Assembly (NCBI RefSeq): GCF_038025025.1
Contig: NW_027117338.1
Span: 1,240,001 to 1,304,000, forward strand
From: Phyllosticta citribraziliensis
Lineage: Eukaryota
Length of the DNA: 64,000 bases
Direction of reading: 5' to 3'
Within the stretch, counting starts at the first letter, position 1; each line of letters begins with the position of its first letter. The notes beneath the pieces were generated by a model. It did not search any database. It was given only the letters and a program-made list of their open reading frames with translations, and was not told where the DNA came from. Below are positions 48,092 through 61,300 of this stretch, in pieces. The translations under genes were made by a program, and so were the position numbers.

Positions 48092-50063
48092 ATGGGACAG
48101 GATCAATCTGTCGAGGCTCCGCCGCCCACTTTAGGTATTTCCGCCCTTTCTTAGCCGCGTATATGGCTGATATTGCAGCTAACGCGCACCAGAACAGCTT
48201 TCCCTGGAGCTCACCAACCGATTCTCGACCAAATGCTATACGCCTCTTGAGCTGTATTGCTATACTTCCGTGTTCAAGTCCCTCGCCGACAGTTCTTCGG
48301 GTATCAAATATTGGAGCGAGCCCACATTATGCCGTTTTCTCGCCCTACCCGACGCTCTCGCCGTCTCGTCCGTCATGTTCCAAATGGCCAGCTACCTAGG
48401 AGCCTTTCCATTTCCGAGCCAGGCACCCGCGATCCTGACGAGCGAGAACCTCCTCAAGGTCGTGACTCTGCTGACTCGGCGCTACACTCCTGTGCTGGGA
48501 AAGAAGGGTGACCGCGTATGGATTGCGGAAATATACCGGAGCCTTGCCGTCTACGACCGTGGATTGGGGGCAGCTACTTCGCCCACAAAATCCGCCCACA
48601 CGGAGGACATGAGCACTGATGACAAGGGACCAGCGTCTCCCATCGAATCCTACAGTGGCTTTGCAGTGGATGCACCGGCCGACGACGACGGGGATGAGGA
48701 CGACGGGGACGAGCTTGTGCTGGCCGCTCTCGACTCGATGGATGTCATTGAAGTGTTCAGGCAAGGGGAGCAAACCAAGACTCAGCATTCAGTAATACCG
48801 ACAGATAATTTTCTCCGACTGCTACAGCTTTTGCTGTTCATCGCTCCTCTCGAAGCTCAGGACGACCTTGCAATATACGGTGCGCAGTTGACAGATGAAC
48901 GGCTAAAGGGGCTCAGAGACACGGCTGGGAACATCCTCTCTGCGTTCGGCTTGGAGAGCAGTCCAGGTATCAACTTCAAGTCTTTCAAGACGGTGATCTC
49001 CTGCTCTCTCCCCTACCTCTTCGATGGGCTCAACCCGCTGTTCGAGCATTTCCTCTTCGCCAAGGATTTTGATCTCTCAAAACGCAAGGGTGAGGAGCCA
49101 AACGCACCATCAGCCCAAGCTATTCAATCGCCCAAGCAGTCAGCTCCAGTCAAGGAGGTACCTGCACCGGAACCAGTCTTGCTCTCTTCTGGTGAAATTC
49201 TCGATCTCAACGTACTCAGTCAACTGTCGTTCATGATTAAAGGCAGCAACCTGTTTAGACGACTCCGACCTCTCTACTCTGGTGGAAATGATGGATTCAG
49301 TATGGGCAGCTTTGAGAAGGCTGTATTCAATTGGCGTGCCCCATCCATCCTCCTCGTTTCCGGCAGTCTCCTTGAAGACGGACCATCAAATTCGAGCGAG
49401 CGGGCTTTTGCCGACTCGCTCCCACACAGCCGCCTTCCAAGTAGCCTAGACATCCCATCGACAAATTCGCAATCGAATCGCGACGAAACACTTGTCTTCG
49501 GTGCGTATATCCCGGTCCCATGGAAAGGTACGCCAAAGACGTGCTTCGGCGACAAATCGACGATGCTTTTCCAACTTGGCCCGACACACGACCTTTTCCG
49601 CGCATCCAGTACCACCAGTAACTACGTCTACTTTGACAAACCCCCACACCATCCTTCTGGCATCGGTTTCGGCTCAGCGGTTCCCCAAGCTGGTGCATCC
49701 GCTTCATACTCACGTCAATCACATGGTCCGATCCCGCTTGGCCCTGTCTCGCTACATCTTGATTCTGCCTTGGAATACGGCGTCTTTACACATCTTTGCG
49801 AGGGAGGCGGGTCCTTCCAATCGTCGAATAATCCAAGTAGGAAGAGGAGAGACTGGCAGGATCGGTTCATGATCGAGTCCATCGAGGTATGGGGATGCGG
49901 CGGGGACGACGAAGCAGAGACACAGAGAAAGGCATGGGCGTTCGAGGAGAGGGAGGCGGCTGCAAGGCGAAGGATCAATCTGGGGACTGGTGATGTCGAG
50001 GCCGACAGAGAATTGCTGAAGATGGCCGGCCTCATCCAAGAGCGAAGCGGCGGCAGTGTGTAA
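48092..50063 (+). CDS. RTC5: TLDc-domain protein Rtc5
   Basis: MGQDQS N-myristoylation-type start; intron 48135-48192. TLDc motifs [41 protein letters not shown] and IEVWGCGG...[15 protein letters not shown]...[10 protein letters not shown]. Confidence 0.9.
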
Positions 50064-50345
50064 AGAGGCTCCGGTCCCACGATGGTCGGACTTTCATTAG
50101 ACTGGGCGTTCTGGATCGGACGTGCAAAGGCACTGGGAAACTTGACTTGGAGTGGACTTTTTGGTACGACAGCGATACCTTGTCACATGGACTTGGAAAG
50201 AAACCAAAGTTTTGCATGTCTGTGACATGCCATTCACAGCCTGACTTGCTCCGCGTTGTCTGTAGCTTTTGTGGTAAATGTCCCAACCCTCCTCTAAACG
50301 CCAGTCCGATATCCCGATTTCCTTCAGCCATGATGCTGCTGCCGC

Positions 50346-50802
50346 TCATCCTTGCCTATAGGCTTATTAGCAACTAGGACCCCACATCTCTAATACTATC
50401 CCCGTCATTATAGACCGTCGCCACACATACCTCTGCTTATGCTTCGGGTTCTTGCTGCAAATAATGTAGACGTAGCGGCCGCCCTTTCTGCGCACGCTCT
50501 TGCAGCCATCGCACATCTTCTTGACTGAGCTGCGCACCTGATCCTCGCCCGTCTCGTCAGCATCCTCTCCAAACCACAAAGTCTGCCAGCACCAATGCGA
50601 GCACGGCGAGTATGAAATGTTCGGCTGGACCAACCTTCATGCCGCGAATCTGCTCGAGCATACCGCCGCTCTTGTATTGTGTCACGGCCATGGCTGGCCT
50701 GCTCGCCCACGTCGTCAGTGCGCGCGTCGCACTCGGTTTGGCGGCGCATGCAGCGAAGACGGCGGCTTGTCGCAACGGAAGCAGAAGTGTGCGGGCGAAC
50801 AT
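50346..50802 (-). CDS. Mitochondrial ribosomal protein bL36m (yeast Rtc6 family)
   Basis: Presequence ending IRGMK, then [38 protein letters not shown]. Introns 50538-50634 and 50356-50430. Confidence 0.93.
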
Positions 50803-51855
50803 GGTGTCGGCCTTGGGGTGTCGTCAGGGGCTTTGAGGGCCAGGTAGAGGTATCAAGATTCGGACTGTGGTCTGGAGATTCGAGAGCTGGGCCGCAATGC
50901 GTGGATGGACTGAATTGGGTGCGATGTTGTGCTGGCGAAGGTAGATGTACTGTACATCCGATGTGTTTGGAACCCCGGCGGCGGAGGTCGCTCGGTAGTA
51001 AGCGGAGCGGAGCGGAGCGGGATGGACGTCGATTCCTTGGCAGCCAGCGGGCTGCACGACAGACTTCGTTGCCGAAAGAAAGTAAACCTCTTCCTACTTC
51101 TTCACTTCCCGTCGTTGGCTTCGCGATCACCAAAAGCCTACTGGTTTGCTTCCGTCTGTCCAATTTGACTTCTTGCAAGTGTGAGCTGTCTACGAGGCCT
51201 AGCCAACGCCAGTCTTTTGGGCGCCTTCTCCTTCCGCGTTCCCGATTCCTTCGCTTCCATTTGACATATCCAGTCTTGATTTGGTGTTGACTTTGTTCTC
51301 CTGCTGTATTCGGAGTCGGCGTCTGCTCTGGTAGTTTTGGGCCGGTCCCCCTCAAGAGTCGTCGTCTCCTGGCCGGCTTGTTGCTTGCCATGAACTTGCA
51401 GGCTTCGCCAGCTGCTTTTCGCTCCACCTTCCGCGCGTCTAACTTCCCTTTCAAAAGAAATGTCGACAGGCCTGTCTACCTGTTTCCAAAAATGATCCTT
51501 GCCACCTGTCTCATAAACTTAAGCATCGTGCTTGTTCCGCTTCAGTGTGCTTCATATCCAGCCTTGCAGTGGTTGGAGAGAAAGCTTGCCGAACCAGACA
51601 GGGGCGAGGTTCCATTCATTGCGAATGCGTCCGTTGTGTACCGGCCGTTCCAGATCAATGGGAAAGTTGGGTTTGTGGCGGATAGCAAAAAGTGAGCACT
51701 GACGTTGCGAAGCCATGGGTAGGGAAAAGCGGCGTGGAGATGTGCATGTGCATTTCATGTTTCTACCAGAAAGAAGTTCACATGCTGTGAAAGTTGGCGG
51801 TTGCCTTCCCAGATCATCGCTTCGAGTAGCACCGCCAAATGGGAGTGTCTCGAGG

Positions 51856-51863
51856 TATAAAAA
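51856..51863 (+). promoter_or_regulatory. TATA box of the 52013 gene
   Basis: TATAAAAA followed by a CT-rich tract, about 150 bp before the ATG. Confidence 0.6.
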
Positions 51864-52012
51864 TTCCCCCGACCGTCGCCTTTCTTCCTTTCCTCTTCCA
51901 CCTTCAACCTCCAACCTCCACTTCTACCTCGGACCAGAATTCTTCCTTCCCTCTCCAACATCCAACTTCCCACTTCAGAAACAGGTCAAGCAAAGACAGA
52001 TCATTGCCCATC

Positions 52013-52790
52013 ATGCCTATGAACTGGAACGCCGACGCCGATGCTCGCGTCAGTACCCTTCTCTTATGGTTAGGCATTCCACTGACACTTCTTCTCAGCT
52101 CCTGGTTGGCATTGTCAACTACACGGACTTCAAGCTCAACAAAGAGACGCTCGCTAAGCTGAACACGTGGATGGGACCTGGTAAGCCATGCATCACACTC
52201 GCTTTTGCTTGCCTTCCAGCTCTGACCATTCTCCAGACTGCGTCGGCCAGTCCATCTCTCAGCGCTTGATCAAGCTCAAGAAGAAGTTCTACGATGACCA
52301 CCCTGAGCTCGTTGGTACCACTCTTTCTGGTGCGGGCTCTGAGGCTGATCTCAAGACGCCCAAGTCGGCGTCCAAGGGCAACAAGCGCAAGACGGCCGAT
52401 GCCGACGACGCCAGCGCCGACGCCGATGACACTGGTGTCACTCCGACCCCCAAGAAGCGCGCCCGCCGCCCCAAGAAAGTTGCGACCCCCGGCGCCAGCG
52501 AAGAGAACGGCGAGGACGGTACTGTTCCGCCCACTCCTACTCCCAAGAAGCGTGGCCGTCCCAAGAAGTCCGAAGTCGAGGCCGCCAAGCTGGCCAAGGA
52601 CACTGAGCAGGCTGCCATCAAGGAGGAAGATCCGGGCAGCGACAAGGAGGACCGCGCCGACTCCGTCATGAACAACGCTGGTGACGAGTTGCTCGCTGCT
52701 GCCGTTGGCCAGGCCGATGGTGAGGCCGACACCGACCAAGAGAACCTCAAGCCCAAGGCTTCTCAGGGCGAGAGCGACTGCGAGGCTTGA
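52013..52790 (+). CDS. Small basic protein with N-terminal Myb/SANT-like helical domain and AT-hook (223 aa)
   Basis: Exons 52013-52048, 52099-52180 and 52237-52790 give MPMNWNADADARLLVGIV...KLNTWMGPDCVGQSISQRLIKLKKK. Later motifs are TPTPKKRARRPKK and TPTPKKRGRPKK. Confidence 0.85.
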
Positions 52791-53592
52791 AGAATTCACA
52801 TCATCAACACAACAACGACCTCTCAAGACTGTCACTTCGGGGATTTCTTTGGCGTCTGGTGGTTTTATGAGGAGGACATCGAATTTGCTGGCATGACAGC
52901 CACTCGGGAGTCTTACATCAGTAAGAAGAAAAGGAGTACTTGGGGTTTTCGGATAGGTAGCAACAAATATCGACGATCTGCGGGCCCTCCAGACCTGCAC
53001 GACCCCAAAAATTCAATTCAATCCTTCCTCATGCTATTCATCTGTCAAAATCCGATGTGTCATGTCCAAAGTCATTCACCTCTGCTCCCGTGTTTGCCCT
53101 GTTGTTTTGGCAAGGCTGGAAGCCAAGTCGCTTTGAGTTACCTGAACGTGAGCCAATCCTGCATCCAATCACCTCATTCCCATTATTTCCCAAGCTTTTG
53201 ACCTCACCTTTCTTGAATCTGGCGGGCTCAGACCTTGCACAATTCATTCGGACTCTCATGCCCTTGAGTCTTTTCTGATCTCCCTTGAACCTGGAAGGTG
53301 CATGGCTTGCATGGCTCAGATCCTCACATCACTGCACCTGTGATATCTTCCGTCTGCTGGTGACGACAGTCTGGCGCACTGTGCTGGTTTGTCTTCCAGA
53401 ACGAGTTGGTTGACGGAAACTCGTGACGCTTAGTCGCCTCCTCGGCGCTGCCACCAACTGCCTACAAAAGTCACTTCTTCCTCCAACTCGAACTTCTGAG
53501 CACCAACACTCAACATCCAAACCCTGTCAACTTCCACTCACCTCCAAAAGTTGAGCAAAGACTCATTCGACTCTTCTCCTGCTACAGCAACA

Positions 53593-54300
53593 ATGCCTCG
53601 CAAGTCAATGACGTGGGATGCGGCGGCAGATGCCAAGGTACAACATCCTCGCGTCTGGCTCGTCGCGTCTCTTGACTGACCTGTCATGCAGCTCCTTGCC
53701 TTGCTCATCCAGAAGTTCAAGATCAAGGTCGGCGGTGCGAATCTGGCTGAGCTCAATGTTGCCATGGGCCTGGGTGAGTTTATATCCGCAACAGACACTT
53801 CACTTCTCGCGCAAACATCGTGGCCAAACCACTCGAACGAAATCCTTACGACGCTTGCTTCATCCCTCACTTCCGAATCCTGACAAGTGGCAGACCCGAA
53901 ATCGCAGTCCATCACTCACCGCATCGGCACCCTCAAGAAACTTGCTTCTCTCCCCGAAGCTGGAGCTTCGACCACCGCGGATATCAAGCCTCTGACTCCT
54001 CGCCGCACCAAGAAGGCCTCTCCGAAGAAGCGCAAGGACAGCGTCGTTGAAGACGACCCGGAGTATGCCGAGGCGAAGCCAGAGTCTGTTGAGGAAATGC
54101 TGTCCACTGACGAGCACACTCCCTTCTACGAAGGCGGCACCAAAACCAAGAGGGCCAGGTCCTGCTCGTCCCCCGACCAGCCTCGCACCAAGTTTGCGAA
54201 GAAGCTCCTGGGCGAAGACGACATCATGGTCAAGGACGAGGACGAGGATGCTGAGTTCGACCCATACGACGTCTCGGCAGACATCGACCCTGGCGTCTAG
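53593..54300 (+). CDS. Paralogous small Myb/SANT-like protein (177 aa)
   Basis: Exons 53593-53637, 53692-53773 and 53894-54300 give MPRKSMTWDAAADAKLLALLI...ELNVAMGLDPKSQSITHRIGTLKK, with basic TPRRTKKASPKKRK and an acidic tail. Confidence 0.82.
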
Positions 54301-56031
54301 CACGACGCGGATCGAGGTCCAAACTGGCAGGACTTTGGCTTTTGCCCTGGGTCTGAATGACTTGAGTTTCTTTTGTTGGTCTGGATACTCGGGCACCTTG
54401 CTCCCTTCTCTTTTGTCCACGGACCTGGTTCAGAAAGTTTCAAAAGGCGAGCACGAATGCGAAAGGGCGTTGGCTGGCGCAGAGGTGTCAAAAATGGGCG
54501 CAGACGGCGGACGAACGAGGTCCCTAAACGGAAAAGTCAATTGAATGTCTTCAGCCGATACCTTGTGCCTGTGCATTGGTAATTGAGTTCCTTGCGTAAA
54601 TGTGACTGATTCTGCTGTCTCTCTTGCAGCATGCTGTGATGGCAAAGCAGCAAGTTCCACAGCGGGACGTCCAGATAAGGTCAGTGGCCGCCGAGAGTCC
54701 GTATTGGTTAAAACCATGGGCTTACCCTGCTTCCAGCTCGAACAGAACCCCTGGCTCATATAAGGTTCAGCTAATGGAGCGCCCCGACGGCTTCGAGTGC
54801 GTGTCCCTAGCAAAGGCCCTTAACGCCCCTGTTTCTCATGGCGAGTCTGATTCAGTGAACCCTTTTTCATGCCCAATTCCAGCGCTCTGTCTGTCTCTTG
54901 CGTCATCCATCGTTGGTCTGCGGCTCCTTTGAGGCCCCCAATGATGTCCATGGTGTTTGCCTACCGAGACCTGTGTCTCTTCCTCCAAAGCGTTTCCCGG
55001 AAAACGGAGCGATCAGCTTCCAGAGCGGTCAATGGAAAGGCGAATTGTCGCAAATTCGGTTGTCATATTGACGATGGTCATCTTGAGGGTATGTTCGAAT
55101 GCTCACAGTGCGAAGTCCGACTCCAGATTCCGGAAAGCCCGCCAGGAACGCAAGTGCTTCTTTCACACAGAGGGCTGAGGGCCTGTGCCCAACCGCTGAG
55201 GAACCACAACCGTGGGATCGGGGTCTGTTCTGGATAGAATCCGCCGTGCGTCCATCCCTATAGAAGTGCTGAGCATGTTTCCAACCTCCTCGGTTCATCC
55301 ACCAACCACATCTTACCCTGTTAAATTACCTTCCCGTTGTTCTCAGATATTCCGCTGGTTATTCCACAACACATCTATGAAATCTTACGGACTATACCTT
55401 TAAACAAGATTCGGTCCTTTTTAAACCTACCTGCGCCATATATTTCTACTAAGCTGTGCAGTGTCTATCCCTTACCACGCATAGGGGACATGTCACTTCT
55501 AGATCTATACGAGCGCTTTCTATAATCTAAGTGTCCTAAAGTTTATTTAATACAGTTATTATTAGTAGTCCTATATAATAATACTAAGCAGTCTCCTATC
55601 GCGTCATCTTAGCTATAGTTTACCTAGATAACTATAGCTTATCTAGATAATAACTTACTACTTTAGTTAAGATATACTTATCTATTAGCTTTATACATCT
55701 TAATAAGTTTAGGACTTATTAGTAGTTAGCACTAGCTACTACTCCTCCTAGTAGTTTTAGTAGTATATAGATAGCTCTTAGAGTAGTCTTAAATAGAGTC
55801 TTTAGTTCTCTTATCTTACTTTATTAGGTTATAAGCCCTTACATTACACGTATAAATTACTTATCTAGCTTATTTTAGTATTATACTATAATACCATCTA
55901 TATAATTATTACTAATAGTTATTTTATTATTTTATTATTTTATCCCTTATTATCTTATATAATTCCTACTCTTTAGTAAATTTATTAGTATTATCTATCT
56001 CTATAACTCTAAGTAATATACTAATAGTTAT

Positions 56032-56519
56032 TATTATAATAGGCATACACGCGCCTATATAAGTACTAGGGCTAGTATAGATAAACCTAGCATTATATAG
56101 TTATAGGAAGTATAAGCCTTACCTTAGGTAGTAGCCTACTACAGCTTAGGCCGAAACCTATAGGCTAGTACTAGCTACTACAGCCTGGCACTAGCCACTA
56201 TAGCCTTAGGAAGATACTACGTAATAGCCTATTAATACCTTACCTTTATAACTTACCTAATAATAACTAAGGACCCTTATATAAAGGACGAGAGGTAGAA
56301 TAGTATAAAGAAAGGACTAGGAAATATATAAGTAGTAAGTATCTTTTATATTTCGTTCTTTTAACTTATTAGATTTAATTAAGATATATATATATTCTCT
56401 AGTAGTTTACCTTTAGCCCTTACCTATATAATAAGAAATCTATAAGTTATAATAGATATAAAAGATTATTCTAAGTTTTAGCTCTATCCTACTTCTTTAC
56501 CTATAAAGGTGTTATAATA
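56032..56519 (+). repeat. 5' LTR (end approximate)
   Basis: Aligns without gaps to 63849-64000. The end is inferred from TTATAATA, a RIP version of TCGTAACA, which is the inverted copy of the TGTTACGA start. Confidence 0.8.
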
Positions 56520-58079
56520 TTTAACCTAAGTAATATTATATATAGCTATAGTCTTATATAAGACTACTTATTACTTTTCCCTAGTAAACCTAAGTTGTCT
56601 TTATTAGGCGTATTAGTATTATCTAAGGACTAAGGAGTATTAAGTATATATTAACTATAGAAGTCTTTAGTTAAGGCTATAAGGTAGTATATAAATATTT
56701 AGGAGGCATCCTATCTATAACCTACTTAAGGGATATTCTAAGTAGAAGACTATAAAGATAGTATAGCTAAGAATAAAGCCGACGCGTCTAGTACTACTAA
56801 AGGTATTAGTACTAGTTAATTAACTTAATAAGATTTATATAAAGAGACTAAAGATTTATATAATACTAGATACTTATTAAATAATAATAAGAGAGGACCT
56901 ACCCCTATTCTCCTATATAATTTCTACTTAGTCCTAGTAGTAGAGGTAAAAGAATATACCTAAGACCTAGGGTTAACTTATACTATTTAAGCTCTAGTTA
57001 TAGAGGCGTTTATAAAGGTACTACGCTTAGATATTAATTAATTTAAATCTAAGATTATATCCTTAAATAAGTCTTAAGTATAGCAGCAACTAAACTATAT
57101 ATAAAGGTAGAACTAGGCTCTTAAGTAAATACTCTTAAACTATACTAATAGACTAAGGGAAGCCTTAAGGGAAGGATATATTAGGCCCTCTTTATTAGCT
57201 TAGTACCTAAGACCTATTACCCTCTCTTAAGATCCTTCTACTAGTAGAGTAATAAGGACTCTTAGACCTCCTCTAACCTATATAAGGAAAACTACTACTA
57301 AAACCTCTACTTTATCTTTAAGTAGTAAGAAATACTAAAGTAGTAAGGTTCCTAATTCTCCTCTTCTTACTAATAGAGAAGACCCCTTATATAAATACTA
57401 GACCCTCCTTATATAAAATAAAATTAAATAAAACCACGATTACTTTACTAAGGATATAGTAGAGGAGACTAAATAGAATATTACAGGTTATATTATTTCC
57501 TATATTAGTAGAGAAGTCTTATATTACCTAACTCCTTTTCTTACTTCTTATATAAAGGCTAATAAAGTTACTCTAAATAAGGATATCTTTAAATTCCTAG
57601 ATAACCTCCTCTAGAGTCTATATAAATATAAGAATATAAAGAAGCAGTTACGCTCTCTTATATACTATATTTCTATAGACCTTTAGAAGTTTTAATTAAA
57701 CTTTATATAATTAGCCTTAGATATAGATCTTCCCTAAGAATAGTAGAAAGAGGACTTTTATAATATAATAGATCCTCTCCTTTAAACCTATATAGTTACT
57801 ATAGAGTAAGATAAGGATATTAACTTTTATAAGTACCTCTAATAAGCCTACCCTATTACTTAAAGTCTTAGTAACTACCGTTCTAACTATAGAAAACTAA
57901 TACTTATATTATATAAGGAAAGAGTAAAGAAGAGATAATAAGAATAAGTAAAGATAACTACCTTAGGTAGTATAAGTACTTTATCTTCTAGTTATACTTA
58001 GGTATAATCTATATTTAGGGCTCCCTTATATAATACAACCTATAAAGGTAAAGTAGAAGTCTATATAGAGATTAGACTA

Positions 58080-58121
58080 TATAATTACTATAGCTAGTTT
58101 AGCTATTTATAGAGATAATAC
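58080..58121 (+). pseudogene. Gag CCHC zinc knuckle remnant
   Basis: Reads Y-NY-Y-S*FS-Y-L*R*-Y. Reversing RIP (TAT>TGT/CAT, TAC>TGC) gives C-x2-C-x4-H-x4-C. Confidence 0.7.
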
Positions 58122-58357
58122 CCATAACTAGAGATAAAGGCAATAGAGTTAGTTAAAGAAGAAAGCGCTAAAGATATCTATATAAATAAAGGAGATTAGT
58201 CTTTATTAAAAAATAATAAGACCTAGGTAAAGTCTCCTACTATAGGTCTAAACTTAGAGTAATATATATTAAGGGTTCTTATATAAATCTTAGTTACTTT
58301 ATTAGAGGTGTACCCTTTACTATATAAACCTTAATTATATCTAATAGCTGCGCCTTA

Positions 58358-61300
58358 GAAATTCGTGCCCTAGCTAATACTAGTACTAGTAGTATAAGTT
58401 TTATTTACCCTAAGCTACTACTAACTCTCCAGTCTATAGGTGCTATAAAAAAGAGAATAATAGGTAAAGGGCTTAATATTACTAGGTTTAACTAATATAT
58501 AAATAAGAAAGTTAATTTTTACTTTTATCTTTAACTCTACTTCTAGGATTAAATAGTTTCTACTTATACTTTTATTTATAATATTAGCCGTAATAACATG
58601 ATTCTTAGGTAATAGTTTTTTAACTAGCACGATATTCTTCTAGACTATAAATAATATAAACTAGTCTAGAGATAGCTACTAGTTAACTAATCCTTTTAGT
58701 ATCTTTTACGCCTACTAAAAGTCTCTATATAAAGCAATAAACCGTAGAAAGAACATTAAGTAGATATAGACTATAGAGATAAAAACTTTAATAAATACCT
58801 TCTTCCCTTAGTATAGGTTATTAAGGGAATTAAATTTTAAACTTAAGATACTTTTAAGCTTTCTATCTATAAAATATAAGTTGTACTAATAGAGATCTAT
58901 ACTATTAACCTTATATAAGTTTAAGCAGCTCTTAAAGATAAAGAAACTGAGGAATTATTAGCTTCTAAGCTACTAGCTACTTATAAGGAATTTTAAGATG
59001 TGTTTTTTAAAATAGAGTCTAATAAGCTACTACTATATTATATAGGGGTTAATTATAAAATATCTCTTATATATAATAGTCTACTAGAGCTTCTACCTAG
59101 TCCTCTCTATAGAATGTCTCTAGAGCAGCTTAAGGCTATAAAAGAGTATATTATTAAGAACCTTTAGAAAGGCTTTATTACTAAGAGCTTTACTATCTAT
59201 ACTTCTCCTATTCTTATAGTAAAAAAGCCTGGTAGGGGATGGAGATTTTATATAGACTACTAATAGCTTAATAAATAAACTACTAAGGATTTACACCCCC
59301 TTCCTCTTATTATAGAGTTACTTTAGCGCGTTAGAAAGGGCAAAATTTATACTAAGCTTAATATTTAATAAGCTTTCTACTATATTTATCTTACTAAGGA
59401 TTCTGAAGATAAGACTACCTTCTATATAAGATATAGCTTATTTAAATACTATATCTTGCTATTTAGATTAAGTAATAGACCTATAGCCTTTTAATATTTT
59501 ATTAACTAGGTTCTCTTTAAGTATTTAGATGATTTTATTATAGCTTTTATAGATAACATGCTTATTATCTCTAAAGACCCTATAGAGTACGAGGAATAAG
59601 TAAAAAAAGTACTAGTAAGACTATAAAAAGCAGGACTATAGGTAGATTTAAAGAAGAGTAAGTTTTTAGTTACTTATATAAAGTTCCTTAGATACATCGT
59701 TTCTATAGAAGGCATTTAGATAGACCTAGATAAGGTAGAACCTATATAAAACTAGCTAATACCTAAAACCCTTAAAGCTCTTTAATCCTTCCTAGGTTTC
59801 TATAATTTCTACTAACGATTTCTCCCTAACTATAGATAAATTAGCTAGCTATTAGAGAAACTATACTCTAAGGCAAAATAGCGACTACTAGGACCCCTAG
59901 AAGAGGAGGTAATTTAATAACTTAAGAAGCTAATATATAGTAATATACTTCTAGCTAACTACGACCCTACTCTTAATACTTATATAGAGACTAATATAAG
60001 TAATAGAGTTACTATAGGCGTTTTAATGCAGCTCTAATAACCTTTATATAATTAGAAACTAGTAGCGTTCTACTCTAAGATAATAGCTAATATAGAACTT
60101 TATTATAGAATATCTAATAAAGAACTACTAGCTATTAAGAATAGACTAGAAGAATAGAGACTAATACTTATTAGCCTTAAAAAACCTTTTCTTATAATAA
60201 TAGACTATTAGGTATTAGAGTACTACTCTACTAAATAATAACTTAATTAATAATAAGCTAGATAGTCTAAGTTTTTTATAGAGTTCCACGTACGATTCTC
60301 CTATTAGCTAGAAAAGGAAAATATTATTACTAATTGCCTTACTTAAAAATAAGAAGACCTAAAGACTTAAAAAGAAAAAGTAAAGGCTATATAAGAGATA
60401 TACCTTATCCTACTAGAGACTATTATCCCTCTTTCTATTTTAGAATAAGAACTTCCTTCTCTAGTATTATTTTTAGATAAACTTCTCTATATAAACTAAG
60501 AAGATTCTAAATTAGAACTCTAGAGATAGAAGGCCCTCTTAAAAGACCTTAAATAAAGAAATAGTTAGGAACTAAAGGATGGTCTTTTATTATAATATAG
60601 CACCCTCTTTATACTAGATTATAATAACCTCCGCACGAGAATACTTAATACTTTATATACTACCTATATAACTGCCTATTCTAGTATTATAAAGATGCGA
60701 AAACTCCTTAAGTAATATTACTACTAGCTAGCTATAAATCGCACAATTAATATTTATAGGTAAGGATGCTATATTTGCTACTAAATAAAAGAGTTTTATA
60801 ATAAAGACCTAGGCCTTCTATAACCTCTAGAGATTCCTACTTAACCCTAGTAATACTTAGCTATAGATTTTAAAGAGATGCCTAAAGACTAAAAAGGCTA
60901 TAATGTAATTCTAGTTATTATAGACTAGTTAAGTTAAAGAACCTTTAGCTTGCCTTATATAAAGAAGATTAATACTAAAGGAGTCTCTAGACTCTTTTAT
61001 AAATATATCTACTATATTTATAGAAACCCTAAGTCTATCCTATCTAACTAAGGCCCTTAGTTCATCTTAGCGTTTATAAATAAACTATATAAGCTGACTA
61101 GTATAGAGTAGTATTTTAACTTATCCTACTACTCTTAAACTAATAGTATTATAGAGATTGTTAATTAGCATCTTATATAAAGATTAAGACCTTTTATTAA
61201 TTACTTTTAGAATAATTAGTCTAATCTTCTACTATTAATAGACCTCATATAAGTAATACTTCCCTATAAAGCTACTAGACTTTTACCTTTTAAGATTAAG

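Noticed and set aside
48092..50802. Adjacency of RTC5 and the RTC6-family gene
   Set aside because: The shared name comes from a yeast screen; the proteins are unrelated and nothing here indicates a functional cluster.
50408..51454. 348-aa minus ORF and basic Lys/Arg-rich stretch at 51.1-51.45 kb
   Set aside because: It overlaps the bL36 gene in another frame, lacks an ATG start and has no domain; a pseudogene cannot be supported.
53057..53278. LNLAGSDLAQF resembling exon 2 of the Myb-like paralogs
   Set aside because: Similarity is too weak and there is no matching exon structure.
58421..58630. 69-aa minus ORF in the AT-rich block
   Set aside because: Chance ORF antisense to the RIPed protease region.
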